From NCBI GenBank assembly GCA_000004985.1, contig GG738848.1: a DNA stretch of 64,000 bases. The stretch is one strand, 5' to 3'. This DNA is from Naegleria gruberi. Lineage: Eukaryota. Position numbers and translations under genes: made by a program. The notes beneath the pieces were generated by a model that was given only the letters and a program-made list of their open reading frames with translations, was not told the origin of the DNA and searched no databases. Of the stretch, positions 40,303-51,699 are shown piece after piece. Within the stretch, counting starts at the first letter, position 1. Each line of letters opens with the position of its first letter.

Positions 40303-41809
40303 TTAATATTTTTCATGTAATTCTTGGAAGTGTGTTTCGGTTTTCTTCCTATTCAAGAAAACTAGTAAAATACACACCACAATACACAATGCAATCAAAG
40401 ATAGAATAAATAATACACCAACAGCAATAATTGGCTTCAATGTAAATAAATAATCAACTGGAGCAGTACTGAATTGAAAGTTTCCACCTTTTGAGAATAC
40501 TACATAGTATTGAGTTGCTTCTCCTGAAAAGAGATAGAGATTAGTTGAATTTACATGATAGTCATAATTGAAAAATTGATTTCTTTCAATATTCCAAGTG
40601 ATTGGTTTCTTTCCAATATAAACATCTTGAATTGTTGCTGTATTTTCAATTCTGATTTCAAAATATGTTTGAGGTTGAGTGGTGAAAGTTGCTGTGAATG
40701 GTGCGGAATTATCACTTTGAATTGAGTATGTTTGTCCAATTTCAAGTTTAGTATAATTAAAACTAATCTTTTTAGCATAAAACAAATTATATACAGCACT
40801 GGGTGGAGAAATTGTGAATGAATAATCTGGATTTCTATTGGAGATGACTTGTTGTGTAAGATTTGATTGAACAATGGCTACCATTTCTTGATTTGAATTT
40901 GAGAATTGCCACACTGATTGAACTGGATCATTAGATTTCAACTCTTGAGCTATCAATGAAATGCAACCATAATTTTGATAGAAATGATCTTCTTTCACAC
41001 TTTCAATTGAATTCCATTCATTTACCAAACAATTCCCAATATAAAATAAAACATTTCGTTGCTGAATAGGATTCAGTTTCAACACCAAATTAGGTTGTCC
41101 ATAAACGNNNNNNNNNNNNNNNNNNNNNNNNNNNNNNNNNNNNNNNNNNNNNNNNNNCTGATTTCATTCTGGGAATGTTAAATTTGCAAAATCCACATTA
41201 ATTTCCATAACTTTTCCCCATTCAACTGGTTTTGTTTCTCCATATGGACAAGCAAGTTTAGATTTTCCAGAAAATCCATAATTGATAACACCACCTTCTT
41301 TTGATTCACCAGTGAATGTGAGAGTTGGTCTTTCAGCAGCAGTGAAATCACATGTTAAAGAAATAGACAATGCTCTTGTAACTCCATCAGTAGCAGGAAT
41401 ACCAGCATGGAAGACCTTTACACCAGCACTTTCATCTGCAGGATTGAGCAATGAAAGTTTAGGAGTACCTTTCTTACCGATAGGATAGCAGAGATTGTAT
41501 TGTTTAGCATATAGATATCCTTGAGCGTCAACAGTACAAACAGCATTGCTTGGATTGGTAACTCCTCCACAAATATTGCTAAAATTCCAACTAATTAGTT
41601 TCCGATAATAATAAACAAAATACATACAAATAAAAGTTGAAATTAGCATCGGTTGCTGCAACTTTATATCCTGAACCAGGAATATCAATATTAGAAAGGT
41701 CGATAATTCCTCTATAAGCAATTGGTAATGAACAAGTCGGTGCGGAGAATACAACATGCACACAACAAGCAAGCAGCAATGTGAGCAACACAAAGGTCAA
41801 TCGTAACAT
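40303..41809 (-). CDS. Surface protein paralogue A with a signal peptide, an extracellular domain and a single C-terminal TM with a short cytoplasmic tail. It has two exons and is interrupted by a 50-N assembly gap.
   Basis: Exon 1 is 41809..41628 (MLRLTFVLLTLLLACCVHVVFSAPTCS...) and ends at a GTATGT donor. A 49-nt intron spans 41579..41627. Exon 2 runs from 41578 to 40303. It is about 90% identical to gene B over the ectodomain. The C-terminus is IIAVGVLFILSLIALCIVVCILLVFLNRKKTETHFQELHEKY. A 1-nt deletion relative to gene B creates a stop just before the gap at 41108..41157. Confidence 0.45.
41108..41157. other. Assembly gap of 50 N inside tandem paralogue A.
   Basis: A run of exactly 50 N. 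The flanks align to adjacent positions of paralogue B, so little or no real sequence may be missing. Confidence 0.9.
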
Positions 41810-42238
41810 TTTTTTTAGTCACTTCCAAAACCAATCAATCATCATGGGTATTAATTTTACCAAAAATTCCGATTATACAAATTAATATTATATATTACAA
41901 CACAAGAGATTAAATCATTTTGACTATTTTATCTAAAACCATTAATTTGTGTATTCATCATCATCATGCTGTTGTGATATTTTTTTTTCAACTTTTTTTG
42001 AAGTTGGACCATAGAGTTTACAACAACTGATAAAGAATCAATTTGTTTGTAAAATAATAATGGGAACATTTTGATAGGATTCACTGAATCAACCTTAATG
42101 GATTATTCCTTGGGGATTAGTTGAGCGTATATTGATCATCAATACTTTAGATTGTCAGTAATATGAATGAGAAACACTCATGAGGTGTGAAATCATTCTG
42201 GCAACAATTTTTATTTTCCAATATTTCCTCTTTTCCTT

Positions 42239-43660
42239 TTAAACAAAATATAACAATGAAAAAATCAATGCAATGATCAACAATGAGCCACCAACACAAC
42301 GATTAGAATCATTTCTAAATGCATGTTCAGTTATAGTGACTTTGAATCCACCTTTTGAAGATACCAAATAGTATTGAGTTGCTTCACCAGAGTAGATTGT
42401 TTCTTTTTGTGTTAAATTCAAATGATAATCATAATTGAAAAATTGATTTCTTTCAATATTCCAAGTGATTGGTTTCTTTCCAATATAAACATCTTGAATT
42501 GTTGCTGTATTTTCAATTCTGATTTCAAAATATGTTTGAGGTTGAGTGGTGAAAGTTGCTGTGAATGGTGCAGAATTATCACTTTGAATTGAGTATGTTT
42601 GTCCAATTTCAAATTTAGTATAATTAAAACTAATCTTTTTAGCATAAAACAAATTATATACAGCACTGGGTGGAGAAATAGTGAATGAATAATCTGGATT
42701 TCTATTGGAGATGACTTGTTGTGTAAGATTTGATTGAACAATGGCTACCATTTCTTGATTCGAATTTGAAAATTGCCACACTGATTGAACTGCCTCATTA
42801 GAGTTCAATTCTTGAGCTATCAAAGAAATGCAACCATAATTTTGATAGAAATGATCTTCTTTCACACTTTCAATTGAATTCCATTCATTTACCAAACAAT
42901 TCCCAATATAGAATAAAACATTTCTTTGCTGAATAGGATTCAGTTTCAATACCAAATTTGGTTGTCCATAAACTGATTTCAATTCTGGAAATGTCAAATT
43001 TGCAAAATCCACATTAATTTCCATAACTCTTCCCCATTCAACTGTTTTTTTTGCATATGGGCAGGCAAGTTTAGATTTTCCAGAAAAACCATAATTGATA
43101 ACACCACCTTCTCTTGATTCACCACTGAATGTGAGAGTTGGTCTTTCAGGAGCAGTTAAATCACATGTTAATGAAATAGACAATGCTCTTGAAACTCCAT
43201 CAGTGGCAGGAATACCAGCATGGACGACCTTTACAACTAATCCATCACTAGTCGAATTCAAACTAATTTGGGGAACCCCTTTAACACCTATTGGAAAGCA
43301 GAGATTGTATTGTTTGGAATATTGATATCCTTGAGCGTCAACAGTACAAACAGCAGTGCTTGGATTGGTGATACTTCCACAAATATTGCTAAATTAGTTT
43401 ACATTAGTTTTCGAATAATCCACAAATATATGATTATTATAAAATGGGTTAAAAAATTAATATACATACAAATAAAAGTTCCAATTAGCATCGGTTCCTG
43501 CAACCGTATATCCTGAGCCAGGAATATCAATATTCGAAAGCTCTATAATTCCAACATCACCAATTTTTAATGAACAAGATGATGCAGAGAACACAACATT
43601 CACACAACAAGTCAACAGCAGTAGCAGGAGTGTGAGAAACCGAAAGGTCAATCGAAACAT
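42239..43660 (-). CDS. Surface protein paralogue B with a signal peptide, an extracellular domain and a C-terminal hydrophobic tail at the extreme C-terminus (GPI-anchor-like). Two exons.
   Basis: Exon 1 is 43660..43470 (MFRLTFRFLTLLLLLLTCCVNVVFSASSCS...) and ends at a GTATGT donor. An 81-nt intron spans 43389..43469 with acceptor aatttAG. Exon 2 is 43388..42239, phase 2, verified in frame with ORF 42239..43261. The protein ends NDSNRCVGGSLLIIALIFSLLYFV with no cytoplasmic tail, which is GPI-signal-like. Confidence 0.55.
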
Positions 43661-44866
43661 TTTTTTCTGTCAGGCAGGTGTTTAGTCAATCGATGATGTT
43701 GATGTGAAAATGTTGATGTTGAGTCTCATATCGGATAATTTCGATTTCAATTCATACTAATCCAAATTAAACTACCAAATTAAACTACAAGTAATTGGGT
43801 TCGTGCTTATACTGATAATAGACTTTCATCATTCTAAAAACCTATTAGAATCATTATTTTAAATTTATTAATATTGTTCATCAATGAAATACTGTTGTAT
43901 TAATGAAATCCTTTTATGGATAAATCACTTTTAAGGCAATTGAGAATCTTAGCCATATCCTACTAACCTTTTAAATATGATACAATTTGTTTATTACCAT
44001 TTTGAACAGGTGTACAAAAATGAACTGAATAAAGTTGCTGTGGTTGAGAGAGCAATTTCTTTTGAACTGTTTTTTAACTAAGTTTTTATTCATCTCAATC
44101 ATCAATTTGGAAAGATTGCAAAGGATGCAATCGTGTAATTTTTGATATATCCATATGAACTTGTTGACAATAATCTATTTAATACTGAGGTTAGGGACTA
44201 TCAGAGTTTCGTTTACTTTTAAATTTGAAGAGTTTTTTGAAAAATTTGCAACCTAACAACTCGTTCTTACTCATTTTAACATCTTTTTGAGAATATTGGA
44301 ATTCTTAGGGGTATGTCTATGCGTAGATTCATAATTTGAAGTCAGATTTCCAATCACACCTTAGTTCCACTGAGAAATCGTATTTTGTTGAATACAATAT
44401 TATTGGAAAATAAAAATTTATTTAAACTCTATTTGAAGAGAATCTGTAATATGTCAAAATTGAAGTAAACGTTCTGTAATAATATTCCACTTCACAGATT
44501 TTTTACAGATTGTATCAGGTTTCGAATAGTTTTGCATTTTTTTTATTGATTGATTTTTGTTTTTGATGACTTCCATTTTGGAAACTTGAATCCAGCTTAG
44601 TGTATCCTTCAATGTTTGCCTTGTTTCTCCTACAGAGCTTAAGGTTGACCTAATAATCCATCTGAATCCAAACTAAACCTTTCGTATGGTTCACGCGCAA
44701 CACAACAAGAGATTCATTCTTTCTCTTGCAAACGTTCACAGAACAAAAAAAGGCCAACGACCAGATCACTAGGAAGTATCAGTTCCCCATCAACAGACTC
44801 TTCATACTCTTGTCATTCGTTCACTTTCCAAGATAACAAACGAAACAAACCGAAACTAAAAGAAAA

Positions 44867-46258
44867 ATGGCAACGCTGGCACCTTCATCAACCACAAACT
44901 CTACCTCCTCTACAACAACCCCAGTTCTGGATGATAAGAAAATTCTTTCCTTCTTTCTTTCTTGTGATAAATTAAAGCAAAATCACAAATTTCCCAAAAT
45001 GGAAAAAATGTGCAGAGAATTTGTTGTGAAAAATTCAAATTCTGTTGAAATTAGATATATAGCCACTGTTCGATTGTATCTTGCACTGGCTCTTCGGGAA
45101 TTGTTATATTTCAACGATTCTGTTCATCATTTCAAATTGGCAATTTCTGAATGTCCATCTATGGGAAGAGATCCAATAATTTTGACAGATTTTGGACATT
45201 CATTGTTTTCTGCAGGACTTTATGAGGAAGCTCAGGCAAAATTTGATTTGGCACTTGAGATTTATTGTGGAGAATCGAATGAGAAAGATGTGGCTGCTGA
45301 TTCTTTGGATTGGTCACAAGATTCAATTCTGTCCAAGTTGACCAGAAATGCATTGGATATGGAGGAATTGAAAAGTGGATTGGCAATGTGTCAATTAATG
45401 ATTCTCGATCCAAAAACTCCAGAATATAAGGATATTCTATTTATTTTGAAACCTAACAATCAATATTCAATTACTCACTCGCTCACTTTCTATGCAATTG
45501 GACTTTATTATGAAATGATTAAAGATTACAATAAGGCAATTGATCATTACAATGGAGCTTTGAAGAAGGATCAACAGTTTGAGGCAGCACTTGAGAGAAT
45601 GGCTGTTTGTCAAATGAATTTGGGTCAATTTGATAAAGCCAAATCGAGTTATGATCTCACATTGCAAATGAATAAGCAAAATTATAGAGCTCTGTACCAA
45701 TTGGCTAAACTTCATATTAGAGCTGGAATGCCACAATTGTCAAAGAGCAAATTGAGAAGTATTTTGACTCTTGATAAACAGGTGGAAAAGATTGAATCGA
45801 GTGAGGACAGGTTGAAATTGATTTCATGTTTGGCAGAATCATATTTCCTTCTTGGAGTGTTGGAACATTCAAGTCATTCAGAAACTAAAAAGGTCATTCA
45901 TGAGCTATTCCAAAATGCCATCAAATATTTTACCATTTACAGAAATATGACAGTATCTGATCATCAGCAGAGAGAGGAGGAATATCATAATACCATTGGA
46001 TTATGTCAATATTATTGCGAGAAGTATGAAGAATCTCTGGACTGTTTCACACAATCCATCGCTTCAAATCCACAATCAGCTAACGGTTTTTACAACAAGG
46101 GAATGTTATTCGAAACTTTGAGAGATTACAAACAATCCCTGCAACAATACAAACATGCACTTCAACTTTCCCCTCACGACAGTGATTGTGCATGTTCTGT
46201 TAAAAGAATAGATAGACTTTTGAAGAAGAATGCATTCCTCCATCACGACCTTTTGTAA
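44867..46258 (+). CDS. Tetratricopeptide-repeat (TPR) protein.
   Basis: The 463-aa ORF contains several 34-aa TPR-like units (YNKAIDHYNGALKKDQQFEAALERMAVCQMNLGQFDKAKSSYDLTLQMN, ANGFYNKGMLFETLRDYKQSLQQYKHALQLSP). Confidence 0.5.
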   Translation: MATLAPSSTTNSTSSTTTPVLDDKKILSFFLSCDKLKQNHKFPKMEKMCREFVVKNSNSVEIRYIATVRLYLALALRELLYFNDSVHHFKLAISECPSMGRDPIILTDFGHSLFSAGLYEEAQAKFDLALEIYCGESNEKDVAADSLDWSQDSILSKLTRNALDMEELKSGLAMCQLMILDPKTPEYKDILFILKPNNQYSITHSLTFYAIGLYYEMIKDYNKAIDHYNGALKKDQQFEAALERMAVCQMNLGQFDKAKSSYDLTLQMNKQNYRALYQLAKLHIRAGMPQLSKSKLRSILTLDKQVEKIESSEDRLKLISCLAESYFLLGVLEHSSHSETKKVIHELFQNAIKYFTIYRNMTVSDHQQREEEYHNTIGLCQYYCEKYEESLDCFTQSIASNPQSANGFYNKGMLFETLRDYKQSLQQYKHALQLSPHDSDCACSVKRIDRLLKKNAFLHHDLL

Positions 46259-46649
46259 ACTAATTAAAATGCTTTTTTGAATTCACAAATCCTTAACCAT
46301 ACCATTTCTGATGATAACCAAGGTTTGCTTTGCTTATGGATAAATTCCTAAATGCTAGTTCCTTCAAAGCACTTTGCAACGTGGAAGGATTCGTAATTTG
46401 TTTTACTCTGATTTCCTTCATTTAGCATCTTTTACAAATAGAATAAGGATAATAGGATCCTTTCAAATTGAAGTTGAGTTGTTTGTTAAGCAGTAAGAGA
46501 GGAAAGAGAGGAAATTAGGGCCTTTCACAACAACCCAAACACTTCTCAAAGACTGGAAATGGAAGTCGAGTTGGTGGTGAATCGCAACAAGACGAAACAA
46601 ACTGAGAGATTAATTCCACAACACAAATCATAAAAAAAACCATCAAACC

Positions 46650-47765
46650 ATGTTAGTGAACCGCAATGTTTGTTGCATTATCATGATAACGTTGTTGCTG
46701 TTGTTGTTGGTTGCAAACGTTACTTTAGCAGAGCAACAAGATATTTCGCCATCCACCACAAAACGAACATCGGTTAGTGTTGGTTTCACAAAAGCTCTAG
46801 ATGTTGGAATGGCTCAAGTTGCAACAAGTGACAAATGGCAACAAATATTCGAATCATTGGGTATGTTGTTTGATATATCTCAGTACTAACAAGAGTAATA
46901 TTTCATTGCTTGTCAATGTTATTGTCGATCGAATAGGCATTCCATTTAATGTACCAAAATGTTCTTCAAAATTTGGATCGTCATTCCCTTCCAATCCATT
47001 TCCTTCATCTAAAACCCAATTGAATATTTGTTATGAAGAACCTGCTCAAGTTTGGGCTTCCATTTTCAAAGGTGCTGGTGATTTATTAGTGGAAGTGCTC
47101 AACAAACAATACAGCATCAATTTGAAAGCCAATCATTTAATTTTGAATACTACAGAGCTTGGATACTTTGATAGTATGAAGGCTGGTGTGGATTCTGGAT
47201 TGTGTGACATTTGTACCTCCAATGTAAGTTTTTTCTCGGATGTTGTTGTTAAATGATGATATACTAATGAAATCTTGTTGTTGTTGTAATTGAATAGATA
47301 ATTAAAACACAAACAAGAGCCGAACAAGTCAACATGAATTGTCCATATGGTAGCTCTAGTTTAGCATTCCTTCGTTCCGAACTTGATCCATCAAGATTTA
47401 ATACTAGCAAAGAACTCAACAATACTGATGCAATCATTGTTGTTTATGGAGGAACCTATTTTGAAACTGTTGCTAGAACAATGTTTCCTGCTGCCAAACT
47501 AATTCTAGAACCTGGTGGTTATGACGCCACTTATGGATATATCAAGGATAAACGTGCCCATGCAACCATTGCTGATGCTGTTGATTTAAGTTATTGGTTG
47601 AAAAACAACAAGAACCAGTGTACAAATTGTTATATTAGATTCTTTGGAGATCCATATGAGTACGGAAGCGTTACTACTAAATTGTATGATAGTGAAGGAA
47701 CGAAGAATGGTTATTCAATGTTAATGCTGTTATTGTTGGTGCTTTTCTGCTTGTTCAATATATAA
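46650..47765 (+). CDS. Secreted three-exon protein with an N-terminal signal peptide and a C-terminal hydrophobic GPI-like tail. The ectodomain may have a solute-binding-protein-like fold (speculative).
   Basis: The exons are 46650..46860, 46937..47223 and 47298..47765. Intron 1 is gtatgt...tactaac...gaatAG, 76 nt. Intron 2 is gtaagt...atactaatg...gaatAG, 74 nt. Phases were verified at 1/1 and 0/0, giving one continuous frame. The N-terminus is MLVNRNVCCIIMITLLLLLLVANVTLA. The C-terminus is NGYSMLMLLLLVLFCLFNI. Confidence 0.5.
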
Positions 47766-48146
47766 CATATCATGGTTACTAGATTACTAGGCATTAAATA
47801 AATTAAATTTGTATTATAATTATTGGTAATTGATGATGCCTTTCCACTTGAAAAATTCCGTACAGGAAATTACATTCCAATTTAATAGAAGTATTAAATC
47901 TTGTTGTTAATTCACTATTAATACTATTAGCACTAGGTATAAATGATGTCCTATTACTTCCAAACCATCACGATGTAACAAGAGCTAGCAAATCATCTCG
48001 TCCGTGTGCGTAATAAAATCAAAGCAAGTTGCTGAAGAATTTTGATAGATTTTTTATTTTTAAAAATTTTTTTATTGTAAAACTAATCACGAGTTCATCA
48101 TCAAGAAAGGAAGAAGCAAATGGAAATAATAAATTTATAAAAAAAA

Positions 48147-50132
48147 ATGATCAGAAAGAAGGTTCGTAGAAATCCTGCCTCCGGTGATGGAGCACAATCT
48201 CTCGAGGAATTGAATAGGATCAGAAAGGAACAATACTTGAAGAAGAAGGCCATGCTTCAAGATTTGGTCAATGCACAAAAAAAGGACATTCCGATCCAGT
48301 ATATTATCCTGATCAAACAATATGAAGATGAAACATTTGATGAAATTTATGTAGCCCTTGATCCGATGCTACATATATTTAGTTTTTTAAGTCCACATGA
48401 TTTATTGCTCAAGGTTGGATTGGTTTGTAAATCTTGGTATTTCCTTTCTTTTAGAACCAATTTCCTTTGGCAATCTTTGTATTATAAAGAATTTGGAGAT
48501 GTACAAGCAAGACCTATTCATACTGCTCTCCTTGATGAAGATGATGACTCTGAATTTGATGGACATTGGAAGAAGGTGTTCAGTTTTAGAGTGGATTTGA
48601 GAAACAAATGGTACAATAATTCACCAGACAGAGTTGGTTATTGTGATATTATGGAGAGTGAAATTGTAAAAAGTACAAGAACTAAATACACCAATAAGGG
48701 AGAACTTTTCAGAAAGGATGCACACACAGCTTGTGTTGGAGAGGATGAAATTGGAACAGAGTCAGAAAATAAGAAATTGTACAGAGTTAATCCAGAGGAC
48801 AGATCGACCATCACTACAATGTGTTTGATTGGATCAGATCGTTTATTGGCAGGTGATGCTAGAGGCGTCATTAAATTGTTCAACTTGCGATCTTTCCAAC
48901 AAGTGAAAAAGTTTGTTGGAGCTCATCAAACCAGTGTACACAAAATTGTTGCTATCACTCCTGAACACTTGAAATTCAAATCGGATGACATGTCAGTTTT
49001 GGGATATTCATTCAAACTTGAAGCAACACATCATTACTTCTTATCTAATGATTTCCAAAACAATTCTATTTGTGTTTGGGATTTGGAGACTGGTTTGCTA
49101 TTGAAGAGATTTAGAGGAACTGACAAGGTTCACTCTGTATCTGGATCATCCACACACCTGAATGGAACTGTATTAGATATGAGAATTTGTACTATTAATG
49201 AGTATGGACCTGTACTCTTTGTAATTACACCAAAGAATGTAGAAATTTATGAACTCAACACTTTAAGATTATTGAAATTATATAGACCTTTCTATGAGCC
49301 AAAGAAGCATGAAATTGTCACCAAGAAACTCATTGATGCTGCCATTGAATCCTTTGATAAGGATGACATTGAAGTAGAGCAGGAGGAAGAAGAGGCTGAT
49401 GATAATTTTGATGATGATACTGGTATGAATCAACCATCAAAAACTTTGGTTTGTTTTGAATTGTTAGATGGAAATACATTTGCCTTTGTCAGTGGTGATA
49501 TGAAACTCTATGTGTACAATTTGAGTAATGGTATTTGTGTCAAGAAAATGGACATGAAGCATACTAAGATGCTTGACATTGATAATTACAATAGGCCAAC
49601 TTCCATTGATTCCTTCAAGAAGAAGTATAACAAATTCAAAGAGTCTGACGTGCTCATCACGCAAATAGCCAAGACCAATTTGGAGGGTCAAATTGCTTTG
49701 GTATTGAGCTTGAGACCATCAGGTTATAATGGGTATGATCCACTCAAATCCTACATCAAGTACTTTGATTATAGATTTGGTTGTGAGAATCCTGTGAGGT
49801 CATGTCAAGTCGGAAATTATGACTATTACTCTTCTGGTAAAATCTTCTTTGATGACGATAAGATTATTCAATGCACTCAGAGTCATATTCAATTATTGGG
49901 ACGTTGGGATGGTACTTTGAAACAAGAATTGTTGCCAACTCTCAATGTTGGATATTATACGATTGCCAACTTTATTGCAGATGATCGTTTCCTAATTATG
50001 GGTACATCCTTTGGTGGTATTGTTGTGAATGATTATGGAGGAAATTTATTGTATTGGAGTGATTTGAAGGGTAGAAAACTTGTGGATGATGAACCAAAAG
50101 AGGAGGATAAAATGGATGATTCTCAAGATTAA
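48147..50132 (+). CDS. F-box protein with a WD-repeat-like C-terminal region.
   Basis: The 661-aa ORF has a clear F-box (LDPMLHIFSFLSPHDLLLKVGLVCKSWYFLSF). WD-like blades are present (LAGDARGVIKLFNLRS..., NSICVWDLETGLLLKRF). The tail is acidic. Confidence 0.5.
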   Translation: MIRKKVRRNPASGDGAQSLEELNRIRKEQYLKKKAMLQDLVNAQKKDIPIQYIILIKQYEDETFDEIYVALDPMLHIFSFLSPHDLLLKVGLVCKSWYFLSFRTNFLWQSLYYKEFGDVQARPIHTALLDEDDDSEFDGHWKKVFSFRVDLRNKWYNNSPDRVGYCDIMESEIVKSTRTKYTNKGELFRKDAHTACVGEDEIGTESENKKLYRVNPEDRSTITTMCLIGSDRLLAGDARGVIKLFNLRSFQQVKKFVGAHQTSVHKIVAITPEHLKFKSDDMSVLGYSFKLEATHHYFLSNDFQNNSICVWDLETGLLLKRFRGTDKVHSVSGSSTHLNGTVLDMRICTINEYGPVLFVITPKNVEIYELNTLRLLKLYRPFYEPKKHEIVTKKLIDAAIESFDKDDIEVEQEEEEADDNFDDDTGMNQPSKTLVCFELLDGNTFAFVSGDMKLYVYNLSNGICVKKMDMKHTKMLDIDNYNRPTSIDSFKKKYNKFKESDVLITQIAKTNLEGQIALVLSLRPSGYNGYDPLKSYIKYFDYRFGCENPVRSCQVGNYDYYSSGKIFFDDDKIIQCTQSHIQLLGRWDGTLKQELLPTLNVGYYTIANFIADDRFLIMGTSFGGIVVNDYGGNLLYWSDLKGRKLVDDEPKEEDKMDDSQD

Positions 50133-50213
50133 ATGATTTTTTAACAAGTTGTTTTTACTCTTATGGTTGGATTAATTTTAGAAAATTATTGAGGAAGGAG
50201 CATACTTTTGGTA

Positions 50214-51095
50214 TTACATTTTGAGTTTTTTTATTTGTTTCTTTAACCATGGTCCTAATGGTTCTCTAGTGAATGCAAAACCATGAGTCACTAAAAATGT
50301 TTGATATCCCTCTTCATAGGCCCATTTGACACTCTTTACAATTTCGACTTTATCATATAGGTAGAAGTGATAAGCTGGTTTTCCATACGAAATGAATCCT
50401 CCTCCCATAATATCATTAATAATGGCTGCCTTCTTGTTATCCATCAAGACCACCAAACAACCTTCAGTATGACCTTTCATATTCTTCAAAGTGGCCTTGA
50501 CTCCAAACTCCTCCAAGCTTTCTCCTCCCCAAAAGGTCAAATCAGGTTCGAATGGAATGATGATCTTTCTGTCACCTCTAATTTTCAATATCTTTGCAGA
50601 GATTCCTGCTGGAACACTTGGAGCTCCTTCTCCCTTCCTCAACAAGTCAGCCTCATATTCTGGGCAAGCAATTGGCACATGGGGGTAATGCTTTTTGAAA
50701 TACCAAGCTCCACCTGCATGATCAAAGTGAGCATGTGTAATGAGAATTAAGGAGAGATCATTTGGTGTGATTCCTGCTACTTTATCCAATTGTTTTATCA
50801 ATTCCAATTCGTCACCATGTGTAGCAGTGTCAATAAGAATGTACTTTGCCTTCTTGTTGATATTGAGATGAGCATATTTGTTCGATTCTTGTTGTAAATT
50901 GTTGCATTCTTCCCAATTACACTTGACTAGAAAGACATTACTCTTTGGAAAAATGTCAATGGCAATAACTTCATTATCAAGAATGCTGAATACTCTATCC
51001 TTTTCATTCATTCTTTGAATATCCTTATCGGATACTTTTCTAATATTATTGCTATTTGAGTTTGTTGATGAAGACTTGCTTTGAACTGATATCAT
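50214..51095 (-). CDS. Metallo-beta-lactamase-fold hydrolase.
   Basis: The 293-aa ORF contains the HxHxDH motif LILITHAHFDHAGGAWYF. A downstream His/Asp residue is in MBL-like spacing (VTHGFAF). Confidence 0.65.
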   Translation of the reverse strand: MISVQSKSSSTNSNSNNIRKVSDKDIQRMNEKDRVFSILDNEVIAIDIFPKSNVFLVKCNWEECNNLQQESNKYAHLNINKKAKYILIDTATHGDELELIKQLDKVAGITPNDLSLILITHAHFDHAGGAWYFKKHYPHVPIACPEYEADLLRKGEGAPSVPAGISAKILKIRGDRKIIIPFEPDLTFWGGESLEEFGVKATLKNMKGHTEGCLVVLMDNKKAAIINDIMGGGFISYGKPAYHFYLYDKVEIVKSVKWAYEEGYQTFLVTHGFAFTREPLGPWLKKQIKKLKM

Positions 51096-51699
51096 GATGA
51101 ATACTGTTGTTCTTTTGATGCTGTGGAAGACAATTTTTTCTTGTAGGTATTTTTCAATAACATCTCTGTTTGGAAGGTATTTATTTCAAAAAGTTTGCCC
51201 TGAGTCCGCTTGTTCGAGTAGTATTAACTCTGTGGTTAGTGCAGCATTATTTTGTTCCATTATATAAAAATGGAATTTTGAATATATTAGGTATCACAAG
51301 TCCTCCCGTGATATTTATAAAGGTAATAATAATCGAGATCCTACAACCAATTCCAACCGCAAGGTTTATAGCCACGATGTTCAACAATTATTCTGGTCTG
51401 CCATTTGATGGAAACAACACTGATGGCTTCCTTAATTATTTCTTCTATCACCAACAATGATTTGAGGTTAATTGTTGTTGGCTAGAGTTAAATCCATATC
51501 CAACAATTTACCCATACTCCCTGTCACTCTAGCCACACACCAACAACTACAACATGATTGGCCACACACAGAAGTTAAGAAAGACTACAACCATGTTAAT
51601 TTGGTCTTCCCAACCCTGAATAACTAGTTAAAGATCTTTCGCGAGATTAAGATGCTGATAAACGCAATCTCCCTGTTATACAGTGAATATTGGTAAAAA

